Shown here: piece by piece, positions 8,470-16,564 of the stretch | How positions within the stretch are numbered: position 1 is the stretch's first letter | Layout: each line of letters opens with the position of its first letter | Source of the DNA: Anaerohalosphaeraceae bacterium | GTDB taxonomy: Bacteria; Planctomycetota; Phycisphaerae; Sedimentisphaerales; Anaerohalosphaeraceae | Length of the DNA stretch: 64,000 nt | Direction: 5' to 3' | NCBI GenBank assembly: GCA_963675525.2 | Contig: CAXXSL010000008.1 | Location: forward strand, 96,001-160,000 | Notes under the pieces: generated by a model | What the model was told of the DNA's origin: nothing | The model's input: the letters and a program-made list of their open reading frames with translations, nothing else | Databases searched by the model: none | Position numbers and translations under genes: made by a program

Positions 8470-11364
8470 TTAATTACTATCCAGCCAGTTCAATGCTAAG
8501 ACCGCAAAGTCTCTAAAGTCAACCAAACCGTCTCCGCCGACCGGTTCGATATCGGCTTGCGTTCCTGCCGTTGTCCACTCATCTGCCATAATCCGAACAT
8601 CGGCAAGATCGACGCTCCCGTCGTCATTTAGATCGCCTCTGAAACCGAGTGAAATTTCGGTCTCGACAGAGCTTCCCGCGATGACCGATGTTCCGCCGGT
8701 CGGGTTTTGACTGATTATATTGCCTACTGTGACCGTATCACTGAATGAGTAACTTGTCGTACCCAGAGACAAACCCGCCGCAATGATCGCGGATTGACCG
8801 CCTATCTGATTCATGCCGATGACATTCGGAACCGTTACCATCGGTGCCGTGAAATCGAAGTAGTTAAGATTGTATTCGTCTGAACTGTCGGCGTTGGCAA
8901 ACCGCATGACCTGGGTTCCTGCCGACAAGGTCGCCGTCGCCGTCACAGTCGTCCAGTTCTGCCATCCGCCGGTGACCGGCACATTGACATTGCCTGTTAC
9001 ATCGACACCATTAAATTCGATGTGAAAGTTTCCGCCGGTGGCATCTGATGCCACACGGATGTCGATCGTATAATCTCCGGGTGCCGGAACTTCAACGATG
9101 TATTCCAGCCATTCGTTTGCTGCCATCCATCCGACATTGTAGCCGCCTTCAGAGCATCCTTCGATATCAACATCCTCAGAACGATATTGTCCGCCGTTAT
9201 TGCCGGCATCATTGTCATGATAAGCAACCCCTTCGCCGCCGAGATCATAGTCTTCGGCTTCGATCCGTGTCGGCAGCACGAAGGGACTGCCGAGGTATGG
9301 GGTATTTCCACCCCCACAGCCGGTCCCAACAGTAATGCTGATCGAATCGGTGTTTGAGTTGCCGAGATCATTGATGGCCCTGGCCTTGATCGTATAGCAC
9401 CCGTCCGGAACAGAAGTCCATGTATAGCTGTAGGGGAAAGTTGTATCTTCACCCAGATAGTTCAGGCCTTCGTAAAACTCTACGGTGGTGATCGTTCCGA
9501 CACTGTCGGATGCGGTTGCGTTGATCGTAATATTACCCGCTGGAATGGAGGATCCGTTGGTTGGACTGGTGATGTTCACAGACGGAAGGATCGTGCCGTG
9601 GTCCAAGCCAAAGCCGTATGCGAACAGTGGGTCATAGGAAGCGTCTCCGAAATTGATCGGCACCTGCCCGATATTTCTCGGCCAGCTATGCGGCAGCTTT
9701 CCGATAAAATCATAATCACCAAACAATACCTCCGCAACGCCATCACCTTCTGTTCCGGGCAGCCATGCCGCCACAAATGCATTCCAGTCATTTATATAGT
9801 CGCTGACCATCATCGGACGGCCCGAAACCAATACAACGACGACAGGCACACTGGGATCAATATTGTTAAGACAATTAATATCCGTTGAGTCAAGAGCCAG
9901 GTCGTTATCGTCCCCGTTGCCTTCGGCATAGGGAGTTTCTCCGATGATAACGATGGCGATGTCGTGACCGGCAGAGCCGTTTCCGTTTTCATTAAACGTG
10001 ACCAAACCGCCACCGGCGGTGACTTCATTTTGAATGCCTTCGAGAATTGTTGTCCCCGGCGTTATATTGCCGCTGGAACCCTGCCAGCTAATCGTCCAGC
10101 CGCCGCACTGATTGCCGATATTGTTCGCGTTTTTACCGGCCACAAAGACATTACTATTTGGGGAGATCGGCAGCACACCATCGTTTTTGAGAAGAACAAG
10201 CGATTCTCGCACCGCCTGGCGGGCCACCGCTCGGTGTGCAGTGCTGCCGAGGGCACCACCGTTGACCAGCGTTCTGTCGGCCAGCGGTTCGTCAAATACC
10301 CCGGCATTTGCTTTAACCGTCAATATACGCCTAACAGCATCGTCAATTCGTGCCATCGTGATCCTGTTTTTTCCCACGGCAGTCTTTACGGTGTTGATCC
10401 ATGTCAACCAGTCGCCCGGTTCCATTGCCATATCGACACCGGCGTTGATCATCTGCACGACTTCGTCTTCATAAGTTGCACCTGAGAGTTGATGAACCGC
10501 TTCCCAGTCGGAGATGAGGAATCCGCCAAAGCCAAATTCTGTTTTGAGGACATCGGTAAGGAGGTAGCTATTCTCATGCATTTTGACGCCGTTCCAACTA
10601 CTGTACGACGGCATGATCGTCCCGACATTATTAGCGATCGCCTCAAGATATCCCGGCATATGGATATTTCGCAGCGTTGCTTCATCGCAGATCGTGTTGC
10701 CCTGATCGTCACCGCCGCTGGTACCGCCGTCGCCGGCAAAGTGCTTGGCACAGGCGATGATCCGTTCGCCGCTCATGGAGGTTCCCTGCAGACCTTTCAC
10801 ATAACGGCCGGCCAGCAAGGTCTGTAATTCTGGATGTTCTCCAAAACCTTCGTAGGTTCTGCCCCATCGCTCGTCTCGTACGACTGCCACACATGGAGCG
10901 AATGTCCATTCAAGACCAGTGCAGGCGACTTCTTTGGCCGTGATGCGTCCGATCTCTTCGATCAGATTCGGATCACGCGTGGCCCCCAGGCCGATATTGT
11001 GTGGAAATATCGTTGCTCCATATACATTGCTGTGGCCGTGAACGGCATCGATTCCGTATAGAATAGGGATGCCCAGTCGAGTACTCAGGGCTTGGTTCTG
11101 ATAATCATCATGCATATCCGCCCATCCGGTAGGCGTATTTGAGGCTGGATGAGACCCGCCCCCGCTTAAGATCGAACCCAAAAAATAATTTCGAACATCA
11201 TCCGGCGTGGCACTGCCTCTTTCTGCCTGCGTCATTTGTCCGATTTTCTCATCCAATGTCATACTGGAAATGAGAGCTTCAATATCGACCGCAGCCGAGG
11301 CAGAAACAGTAATCATTATTAGAAACAGCAGCGTTACGAATAAATGGTTAAACTTCAGCATCAC
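8470..11364 (-). CDS. Secreted GH3 beta-glucosidase/exo-glucanase with Ig-like, CBM6, PASTA and dockerin-like tail
   Basis: KIGQMTQ, GIDAVHG, RDERWGRTYEG, CAKHFAGDG, FLISDW (nucleophile Asp); CBM6 IEAEDYD...TGGWQNW; PASTA VTVPNVIG...IISQNP; ATG at 11361 is an alternative start. Confidence 0.92.
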   Translation of the reverse strand: MMLKFNHLFVTLLFLIMITVSASAAVDIEALISSMTLDEKIGQMTQAERGSATPDDVRNYFLGSILSGGGSHPASNTPTGWADMHDDYQNQALSTRLGIPILYGIDAVHGHSNVYGATIFPHNIGLGATRDPNLIEEIGRITAKEVACTGLEWTFAPCVAVVRDERWGRTYEGFGEHPELQTLLAGRYVKGLQGTSMSGERIIACAKHFAGDGGTSGGDDQGNTICDEATLRNIHMPGYLEAIANNVGTIMPSYSSWNGVKMHENSYLLTDVLKTEFGFGGFLISDWEAVHQLSGATYEDEVVQMINAGVDMAMEPGDWLTWINTVKTAVGKNRITMARIDDAVRRILTVKANAGVFDEPLADRTLVNGGALGSTAHRAVARQAVRESLVLLKNDGVLPISPNSNVFVAGKNANNIGNQCGGWTISWQGSSGNITPGTTILEGIQNEVTAGGGLVTFNENGNGSAGHDIAIVIIGETPYAEGNGDDNDLALDSTDINCLNNIDPSVPVVVVLVSGRPMMVSDYINDWNAFVAAWLPGTEGDGVAEVLFGDYDFIGKLPHSWPRNIGQVPINFGDASYDPLFAYGFGLDHGTILPSVNITSPTNGSSIPAGNITINATASDSVGTITTVEFYEGLNYLGEDTTFPYSYTWTSVPDGCYTIKARAINDLGNSNTDSISITVGTGCGGGNTPYLGSPFVLPTRIEAEDYDLGGEGVAYHDNDAGNNGGQYRSEDVDIEGCSEGGYNVGWMAANEWLEYIVEVPAPGDYTIDIRVASDATGGNFHIEFNGVDVTGNVNVPVTGGWQNWTTVTATATLSAGTQVMRFANADSSDEYNLNYFDFTAPMVTVPNVIGMNQIGGQSAIIAAGLSLGTTSYSFSDTVTVGNIISQNPTGGTSVIAGSSVETEISLGFRGDLNDDGSVDLADVRIMADEWTTAGTQADIEPVGGDGLVDFRDFAVLALNWLDSN

Positions 11365-11557
11365 CTTCTCCTATTGATCGAGCCTGAAAGCGATAGAATT
11401 ATCAGCAAAAATTGAATCTGACCTTTCGCATTAAAGCCGCTAAGTTGGATATATTTATACATCAATCCACGCGATCACTACCGACTCACTAGTATAACAT
11501 AATTCCCACCCCATGAGCCCCAAATTCGGGATTCGGGTCACATCCAATCTATTATTG

Positions 11558-12478
11558 TTAGAAGAATAAATAGCCGCTGTACCCCATAAAGGTGTGTCTG
11601 TTCTCTCTCGTTTCGAATTCCTCCTGCCGAAATCTGTGATTGGAGTCGATCTTCTTCATTTCCACGCTGCCGTCGCCAAAAGCCTGGTTGATTCCGGTAA
11701 TGTCTCTGGGCGGGTTAAGGTAAGTAACTGTTCCCTCGCCGGAAGGCCCGTTCTTGCCGTGGTTGTACCAGTAAACCTTCTCGCTCGGCTGACCAACATT
11801 CCAATAAAAGATCGTATCGGTTAACATGATCCGACCACTGGCAGGATTTTTTTGGACAAGCGATCCCCTGTCTCCTACATTCGGGAACATGCTGTCAGCC
11901 CACAGGTCCGCCCTGCCGATGTAAGAATAATCCAGCCGGAAAAAACTGCGTGTCGCTCCCCTCAAAAAGCCCATAGTGATTCCAACTTCCCGTTTCTTTG
12001 CCAGGGGACATCGCCATACTCCATCCAGCAAAAAGTTTGACTCATGATCGAGAAATTCAGCTTGACTGTCTGTCCGCAATCCCAGATCGTTAAAGCCCGG
12101 AAGATAGGGTGAAATGGTTTCGTGGGATATCATTTTTTCCTGCCACGCCCTGTCTCCGCCCGGTGAACCGGTAAGAGAATACTGCCTTTTGTACTGGTCC
12201 AGATACATTTCATTGGGATAACAGGTTGTGACCTTGCCGCCGGAAACAGTGTACGTGGTTGACAGGGGTGTTTGGTTGTCGTTATCTCCAGCTAATGTCG
12301 TGATCGCCACGGCCCATTGATGCAGGTTGTTGCGGCAGAGAACCAACCGAGCAGACTCTTTGGCTTTTCGCAACGCAGGCAGGATCACCGACATCAGCAA
12401 GGCGATGATGGCGATCACTACCAGCAGTTCGATCAGGGTGAACGCCCGAATGTCCGTTTTTACCGCTTTCAAACTCAT
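11558..12478 (-). CDS. Prepilin-type N-terminal cleavage/methylation protein (DUF1559-like, variant H-X-DG C-terminus)
   Basis: [34 protein letters not shown]...C.NNLHQ; C-terminal NH...[12 protein letters not shown]. Confidence 0.88.
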   Translation of the reverse strand: MSLKAVKTDIRAFTLIELLVVIAIIALLMSVILPALRKAKESARLVLCRNNLHQWAVAITTLAGDNDNQTPLSTTYTVSGGKVTTCYPNEMYLDQYKRQYSLTGSPGGDRAWQEKMISHETISPYLPGFNDLGLRTDSQAEFLDHESNFLLDGVWRCPLAKKREVGITMGFLRGATRSFFRLDYSYIGRADLWADSMFPNVGDRGSLVQKNPASGRIMLTDTIFYWNVGQPSEKVYWYNHGKNGPSGEGTVTYLNPPRDITGINQAFGDGSVEMKKIDSNHRFRQEEFETRENRHTFMGYSGYLFF

Positions 12479-12511
12479 CTAATCCTCTCTTACAACAGCA
12501 TAGATAAACTC

Positions 12512-12540
12512 AAAAAAGGCCGGGCACAAAGCCCGGCCTT
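12512..12540 (-). terminator. Intrinsic terminator inside the minus-strand gene run
   Basis: Minus strand reads aaggccgggc-tttgt-gcccggcc-tttttt, 38 bp after the stop of 12579..14057. Confidence 0.8.
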
Positions 12541-12578
12541 GTAAAACACTTATATTAACTTCTGAACCGTCACAACGT

Positions 12579-14057
12579 TTACGGGCAAGTGATCTTGGTC
12601 GAGTCACAATCAAGCCAGCCTGCGGCAAAAATCGCAAAGTCTGCCAGATCTTTCTTACAGTTACTGTCAAGGTCGCCTGTTGCATCGTAAACATCATCCG
12701 GATCTTCGGTGGCCGCTTCGGCACAGGTGCCATAGACACCGGCACGCACACCTGCTTCATCATGGGGTGAACCCGGCGTCTGATTGCCGCCTTCATCAGT
12801 ACCAACACCAGCACTGTCTTCGACCTCGAGATTGAAGGCGAACCAGCCATTGCCATCCACGCTGATCTCCTGGGTTACGGTTCCGGATGTATGGATTCCT
12901 GCACCCGGGGTCCAGACTTTCGTCCCATATGTTACAACCGTAGCCGGGGCTTTTTCATGAACCCCCTCAACAAACTCGGCTCTTTCGATGGTACTCTTGC
13001 CGTCATCGGTATAAGAACCAGACAATGTGAAGGTTGCAGTTCCGCCATCGAGAAAGACATACTGATTTAAACCGGCATTTACAACAGGCGGTACATCCGT
13101 TACAGTGAAAGTCCACAGATCACCGATGATGGTCACGGGGCTGCCGCCTGTGTTGGGGTCGATACTGTCCACACGCCAAGTATACATAGTATCATCGGTC
13201 AATGATACACCGTAATCCGCCAAAAGAATCGTACCATCCGTAATACCGGTTGCGATCGGAGCACCGTAAAAATTAGGATCATTATCGTCTATTTCAAAGT
13301 AAACATTACAAGAAATCTGATCGTTGGGATTATTCGGGTCTGCATTGGTCCAGCTCAAACTCGTTGTGTCAAGTCCGACATTGTCGCCATCAGCCGGAGT
13401 CGGGAAGACAGGTCGACTATAGTAGGGAACAACAACGACACCCAGTAAAGCGGTCGGGTCCGAAGAAGAGACATTCAAACCCTTGATGGAGAATCCGGCC
13501 TGAACTCTCGGATCAACACCATTAACCACTGACCCGGGAATACTAAGGGTATGAGACCCAACAGTAAGGTCCGCATATTCATACGTAGTCGTTGCCCAGC
13601 CGCCGCCTGCATCCAACACCTTGATGAATGCCCGACATTCATAACCAGCAGCCGCCAGATTGTTGGACACGACTCTATATTCAAAATCGACTGGCTGGCC
13701 GTCCCATCCATCCTTTTCATGATAGTAGTTGGCTTCCGGTTGTACGTTGCCCAGAAGTGTCGTCTGGTTAACCCAGTACGGGTCCGTCAGGTTGTCATCG
13801 TAGGTGTTTGTATTTGCCTGAAGCAATACCTGGAAGTCACCGCCTGCAGTCGTTCCGGAAGAGGTGGCCCGCAAGTCTAAGTTGGCCCATTCGCTGCCAA
13901 ACAGATAGGTGGTTCCATCTGCTGCATAAACGTTCATGTATCCTTGGCCCACATCCAAATCTTCGTCGACGTTGAGATATTCCGCCTGAACCCCTACAAC
14001 CATACACAAAACGACCATTGTTAACATTAATTTTTTCATACTCATCGTTACCTCCAT
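12579..14057 (-). CDS. Secreted protein with an unknown N-terminal domain (homologous to the PEP-CTERM protein), Ig-like middle and C-terminal dockerin-like motif
   Basis: Signal peptide MKKLMLTMVVLCMVVGVQA (true start probably a downstream Met); C-terminus GDLDSNCKKDLADFAIFAAGWLDC. Confidence 0.8.
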   Translation of the reverse strand: MEVTMSMKKLMLTMVVLCMVVGVQAEYLNVDEDLDVGQGYMNVYAADGTTYLFGSEWANLDLRATSSGTTAGGDFQVLLQANTNTYDDNLTDPYWVNQTTLLGNVQPEANYYHEKDGWDGQPVDFEYRVVSNNLAAAGYECRAFIKVLDAGGGWATTTYEYADLTVGSHTLSIPGSVVNGVDPRVQAGFSIKGLNVSSSDPTALLGVVVVPYYSRPVFPTPADGDNVGLDTTSLSWTNADPNNPNDQISCNVYFEIDDNDPNFYGAPIATGITDGTILLADYGVSLTDDTMYTWRVDSIDPNTGGSPVTIIGDLWTFTVTDVPPVVNAGLNQYVFLDGGTATFTLSGSYTDDGKSTIERAEFVEGVHEKAPATVVTYGTKVWTPGAGIHTSGTVTQEISVDGNGWFAFNLEVEDSAGVGTDEGGNQTPGSPHDEAGVRAGVYGTCAEAATEDPDDVYDATGDLDSNCKKDLADFAIFAAGWLDCDSTKITCP

Positions 14058-14135
14058 AACAAAAAAAATTCATATTTCATATTATTTGAAACCCTGCTTA
14101 ATTTTGCCCGTCGATCATTAATACCACTGTTTCTA

Positions 14136-15032
14136 TCAGGGCATGGGAATATAGCCCTGAACCAACCATTTCAAATCTTCATTGAGAGAGGGCTCCGGAT
14201 CACTTGTTATCTCACCCTTCATCAGCTTGATCGTATCCGGGTCCTGCCACTTATGCCGCTCGGCATGACCGTCCGCAAAGCCGATCGTACTGGAATCATT
14301 ATGGAAATACGCCGGCCAATCCCACCAATTATAACCGCTGCCAAGCAGCACAAATCCACCGAAATTGAATTTTTGTCCTTTTTGGGTAACGTCTTCCTCC
14401 ACAAACACATGCTTGGTACCGGGAGAACGAATTTGAGAACCCTTAACAGCAACTTTCAGTAGTTTTGTAGCCCCACCAGTGGGCGAAACCGTGGCTGTTC
14501 GATAATTGACGATCGGACCATACAGACCGCCGGAACGTCCATTGGGCGCAAAGTCCTCTCCATTCATCAGACCGGTGATGGCATAACTGCGAAAGACAGC
14601 ATCCGGTTCCGCTTTTCTGTAATTTTTGTCGCCGGGACAATGATAAAGATCTTCGTCACCCGTGTAGGGGTATAATTTACCGGCACGAATACCGTTTTGT
14701 CGCGTTTCGATCGAAAACGCCGCTTCTGGGGCCGGCGTATCTCCTGGCAGAACGTCGGTATCGTTGTACAAAGGGACTTCCACCCAGCGATACGGGGTTG
14801 GACGGTTTCCGTTGTAGTAATTGGACCCACCGACAAGAAAATCGTCATTGTTCTCTGCATAAGACGTCCAGGCCAGGCATAATTGCCGTTGATTGGAGAC
14901 ACACACCGCACCGGATGCCAACTCCTTGGCCGCTTTCAGGGAAGGCAGGATAACCGCCATCAGCAAGGCAATGATCGCGATCACAACCAGTAACTCAATT
15001 AATGTAAATCCTTTTTCTTTCATAATTCTCAC
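14136..15032 (-). CDS. Prepilin-type N-terminal cleavage/methylation protein with H-X9-DG domain
   Basis: [26 protein letters not shown]...C.SNQRQ; exact H-X9-DG in FHNDSSTIGFADGH; likely start ATG 15023 after AAGGTG. Confidence 0.9.
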   Translation of the reverse strand: MRIMKEKGFTLIELLVVIAIIALLMAVILPSLKAAKELASGAVCVSNQRQLCLAWTSYAENNDDFLVGGSNYYNGNRPTPYRWVEVPLYNDTDVLPGDTPAPEAAFSIETRQNGIRAGKLYPYTGDEDLYHCPGDKNYRKAEPDAVFRSYAITGLMNGEDFAPNGRSGGLYGPIVNYRTATVSPTGGATKLLKVAVKGSQIRSPGTKHVFVEEDVTQKGQKFNFGGFVLLGSGYNWWDWPAYFHNDSSTIGFADGHAERHKWQDPDTIKLMKGEITSDPEPSLNEDLKWLVQGYIPMP

Positions 15033-15114
15033 CTTATCTTAACTCGCCTCAGAACAATCTCTCATTCATATCTCCACACCCACCTCAAAAAGTCTCTAAC
15101 CAAAGCTACTATTT

Positions 15115-15144
15115 AATATACTCCTTTTTATCGTCCAAGTGCAA
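15115..15144 (-). promoter_or_regulatory. Putative sigma70 promoter for the prepilin-led gene run
   Basis: TTGCAC-18 bp-TATATT on the minus strand. Confidence 0.5.
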
Positions 15145-15178
15145 GGGTTTTTTGACAAAAACATTAAAATTATTGCAA

Positions 15179-15194
15179 TAGCAACCGTTTGCTA
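15179..15194. promoter_or_regulatory. LacI-type operator, copy 1
   Basis: TAGCAACCGTTTGCTA, near-perfect palindrome with central CG. Confidence 0.75.
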
Positions 15195-15457
15195 ACAGCG
15201 TTCAAGTAAAACCCGACGCGGCTTTGCCCCAACCGTGCACTATACCAGAGGCCGTAACCCCTTGTCAAAATTAGGCTTAGACAGCTATTGATTCTTTTCA
15301 GACCAAACGCTCTAATGACGACCTACATTGTCATGTTTTTTGAGCTTTTTGGGTATTTTTCTTTTCCGGCTCATATTTTTTCGGAGGAACAACAAGGTTC
15401 GACCTTGGTGTTTTTGACATGGACAAATATTTTTTTTGAAAAATCATTATTACCCTC

Positions 15458-15486
15458 TTGACTTACCTCCCCGAAATCGCTATTAT
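15458..15486 (+). promoter_or_regulatory. Putative sigma70 promoter for the PEP-CTERM gene
   Basis: TTGACT-17 bp-TATTAT. Confidence 0.65.
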
Positions 15487-15492
15487 AGCACA

Positions 15493-15508
15493 TAGAAACC
15501 GGTTGCTA
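15493..15508. promoter_or_regulatory. LacI-type operator, copy 2
   Basis: TAGAAACCGGTTGCTA, 6 bp after the -10 box, over the expected start site. Confidence 0.75.
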
Positions 15509-15761
15509 TTTTAATGGCATCATAATATGGTTTCTTCAGGAGAATAAGGGAAGATGAAAAAGAAACCGGCAACGTACCGGCAGGAAGCCAAACGAAACGT
15601 GTGGATGAGCAGACTGCCCTTTCTTCCTACTTTCCTTAATATTACCGATGCCAACCAAAGTCTCTAATCAAAGCCCTTCAGTGATGTGTGTGTAGTGTGT
15701 GGTATGGAAGTGATGTAAAAGTGAACAGAAATGAACCTTATTTTTTTGTGGAGGAAAGACG

Positions 15762-16421
15762 ATGAAGAAAGTATTAGTAATTTTAGCATTAGTTGCAATG
15801 ACTGGCATTGCAAGCGCGGACCTGCTGACGTTCGACGCTGCAACTAGCATGCAGACCGGCACCACCAACGGTTGGGTGAATGCTGGGGACAATTCCCCGA
15901 GTGAATGGGGCAGCGCATGGGGCGTTCCGGACCTGCGTCAAACCATTTCAGGTGGCGCAATGTACCTTCAAACCAATATTGTTTCAACCGACCCGACTGG
16001 TACAGATCCTTACTGGCTTCCGGGAAATGTTCAAATGGAATCTCTTGGCTACAATGAGAGTCCTGTTGTGGCCGGTGACGTTGTTACCTTTAATTTCACC
16101 GTGCTCAGTAACAATTTGGCTGGTGCAAATGGCGGAGAAATTAGTTCGATCATCACCGAAGCATTCGTCAAAGTCTTGGACCCCGCTCAGGGTTGGGCAA
16201 CCACACAGCAAGAATATGTTTCTCTGGATCCTGGTGCAGGTACCGTTGGCCTGACTGTTCTCGCTAACGGCGTCGCCCAGTATGGTTTCCGCGTTATTGG
16301 TACCAATGATGTCGCTGGTTCAGCTACTGGCGGTCTTGCAGCGGTTATCGCTGTTCCCGAACCGGCCACCATGGCTCTCTTGGGACTGGGCGGACTGTTT
16401 CTGAGTCGCCGCAAAAAGTAG
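15762..16421 (+). CDS. PEP-CTERM sorting-domain surface protein
   Basis: GGAGG RBS; signal peptide; C-terminus VPEPATMALLGLGGLFLSRRKK. Confidence 0.93.
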   Translation: MKKVLVILALVAMTGIASADLLTFDAATSMQTGTTNGWVNAGDNSPSEWGSAWGVPDLRQTISGGAMYLQTNIVSTDPTGTDPYWLPGNVQMESLGYNESPVVAGDVVTFNFTVLSNNLAGANGGEISSIITEAFVKVLDPAQGWATTQQEYVSLDPGAGTVGLTVLANGVAQYGFRVIGTNDVAGSATGGLAAVIAVPEPATMALLGLGGLFLSRRKK

Positions 16422-16450
16422 ACATTAGGTACAGAGTAGTTTTGCTCTTT

Positions 16451-16482
16451 AAAAAGGCAAGCCAACCGGCTTGCCTTTTTTT
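16451..16482 (+). terminator. Intrinsic (bidirectional-type) terminator
   Basis: aaaaaggcaagcc-aacc-ggcttgccttttttt directly after the PEP-CTERM gene. Confidence 0.88.
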
Positions 16483-16564
16483 GTGTCGACAGAGACGCCT
16501 CTTGCTTCACTACTGCCTTTGTGATAGGATCTAAGCGTAATTTTTCAAATCATCCGCTGAATGA

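Noticed and set aside
15575..15650. Resemblance to a c-di-GMP-I riboswitch (GAAA loop, ttaccgatg)
   Set aside because: Lacks the conserved GGCAAAC...GACGCAAA core; needs an Infernal scan
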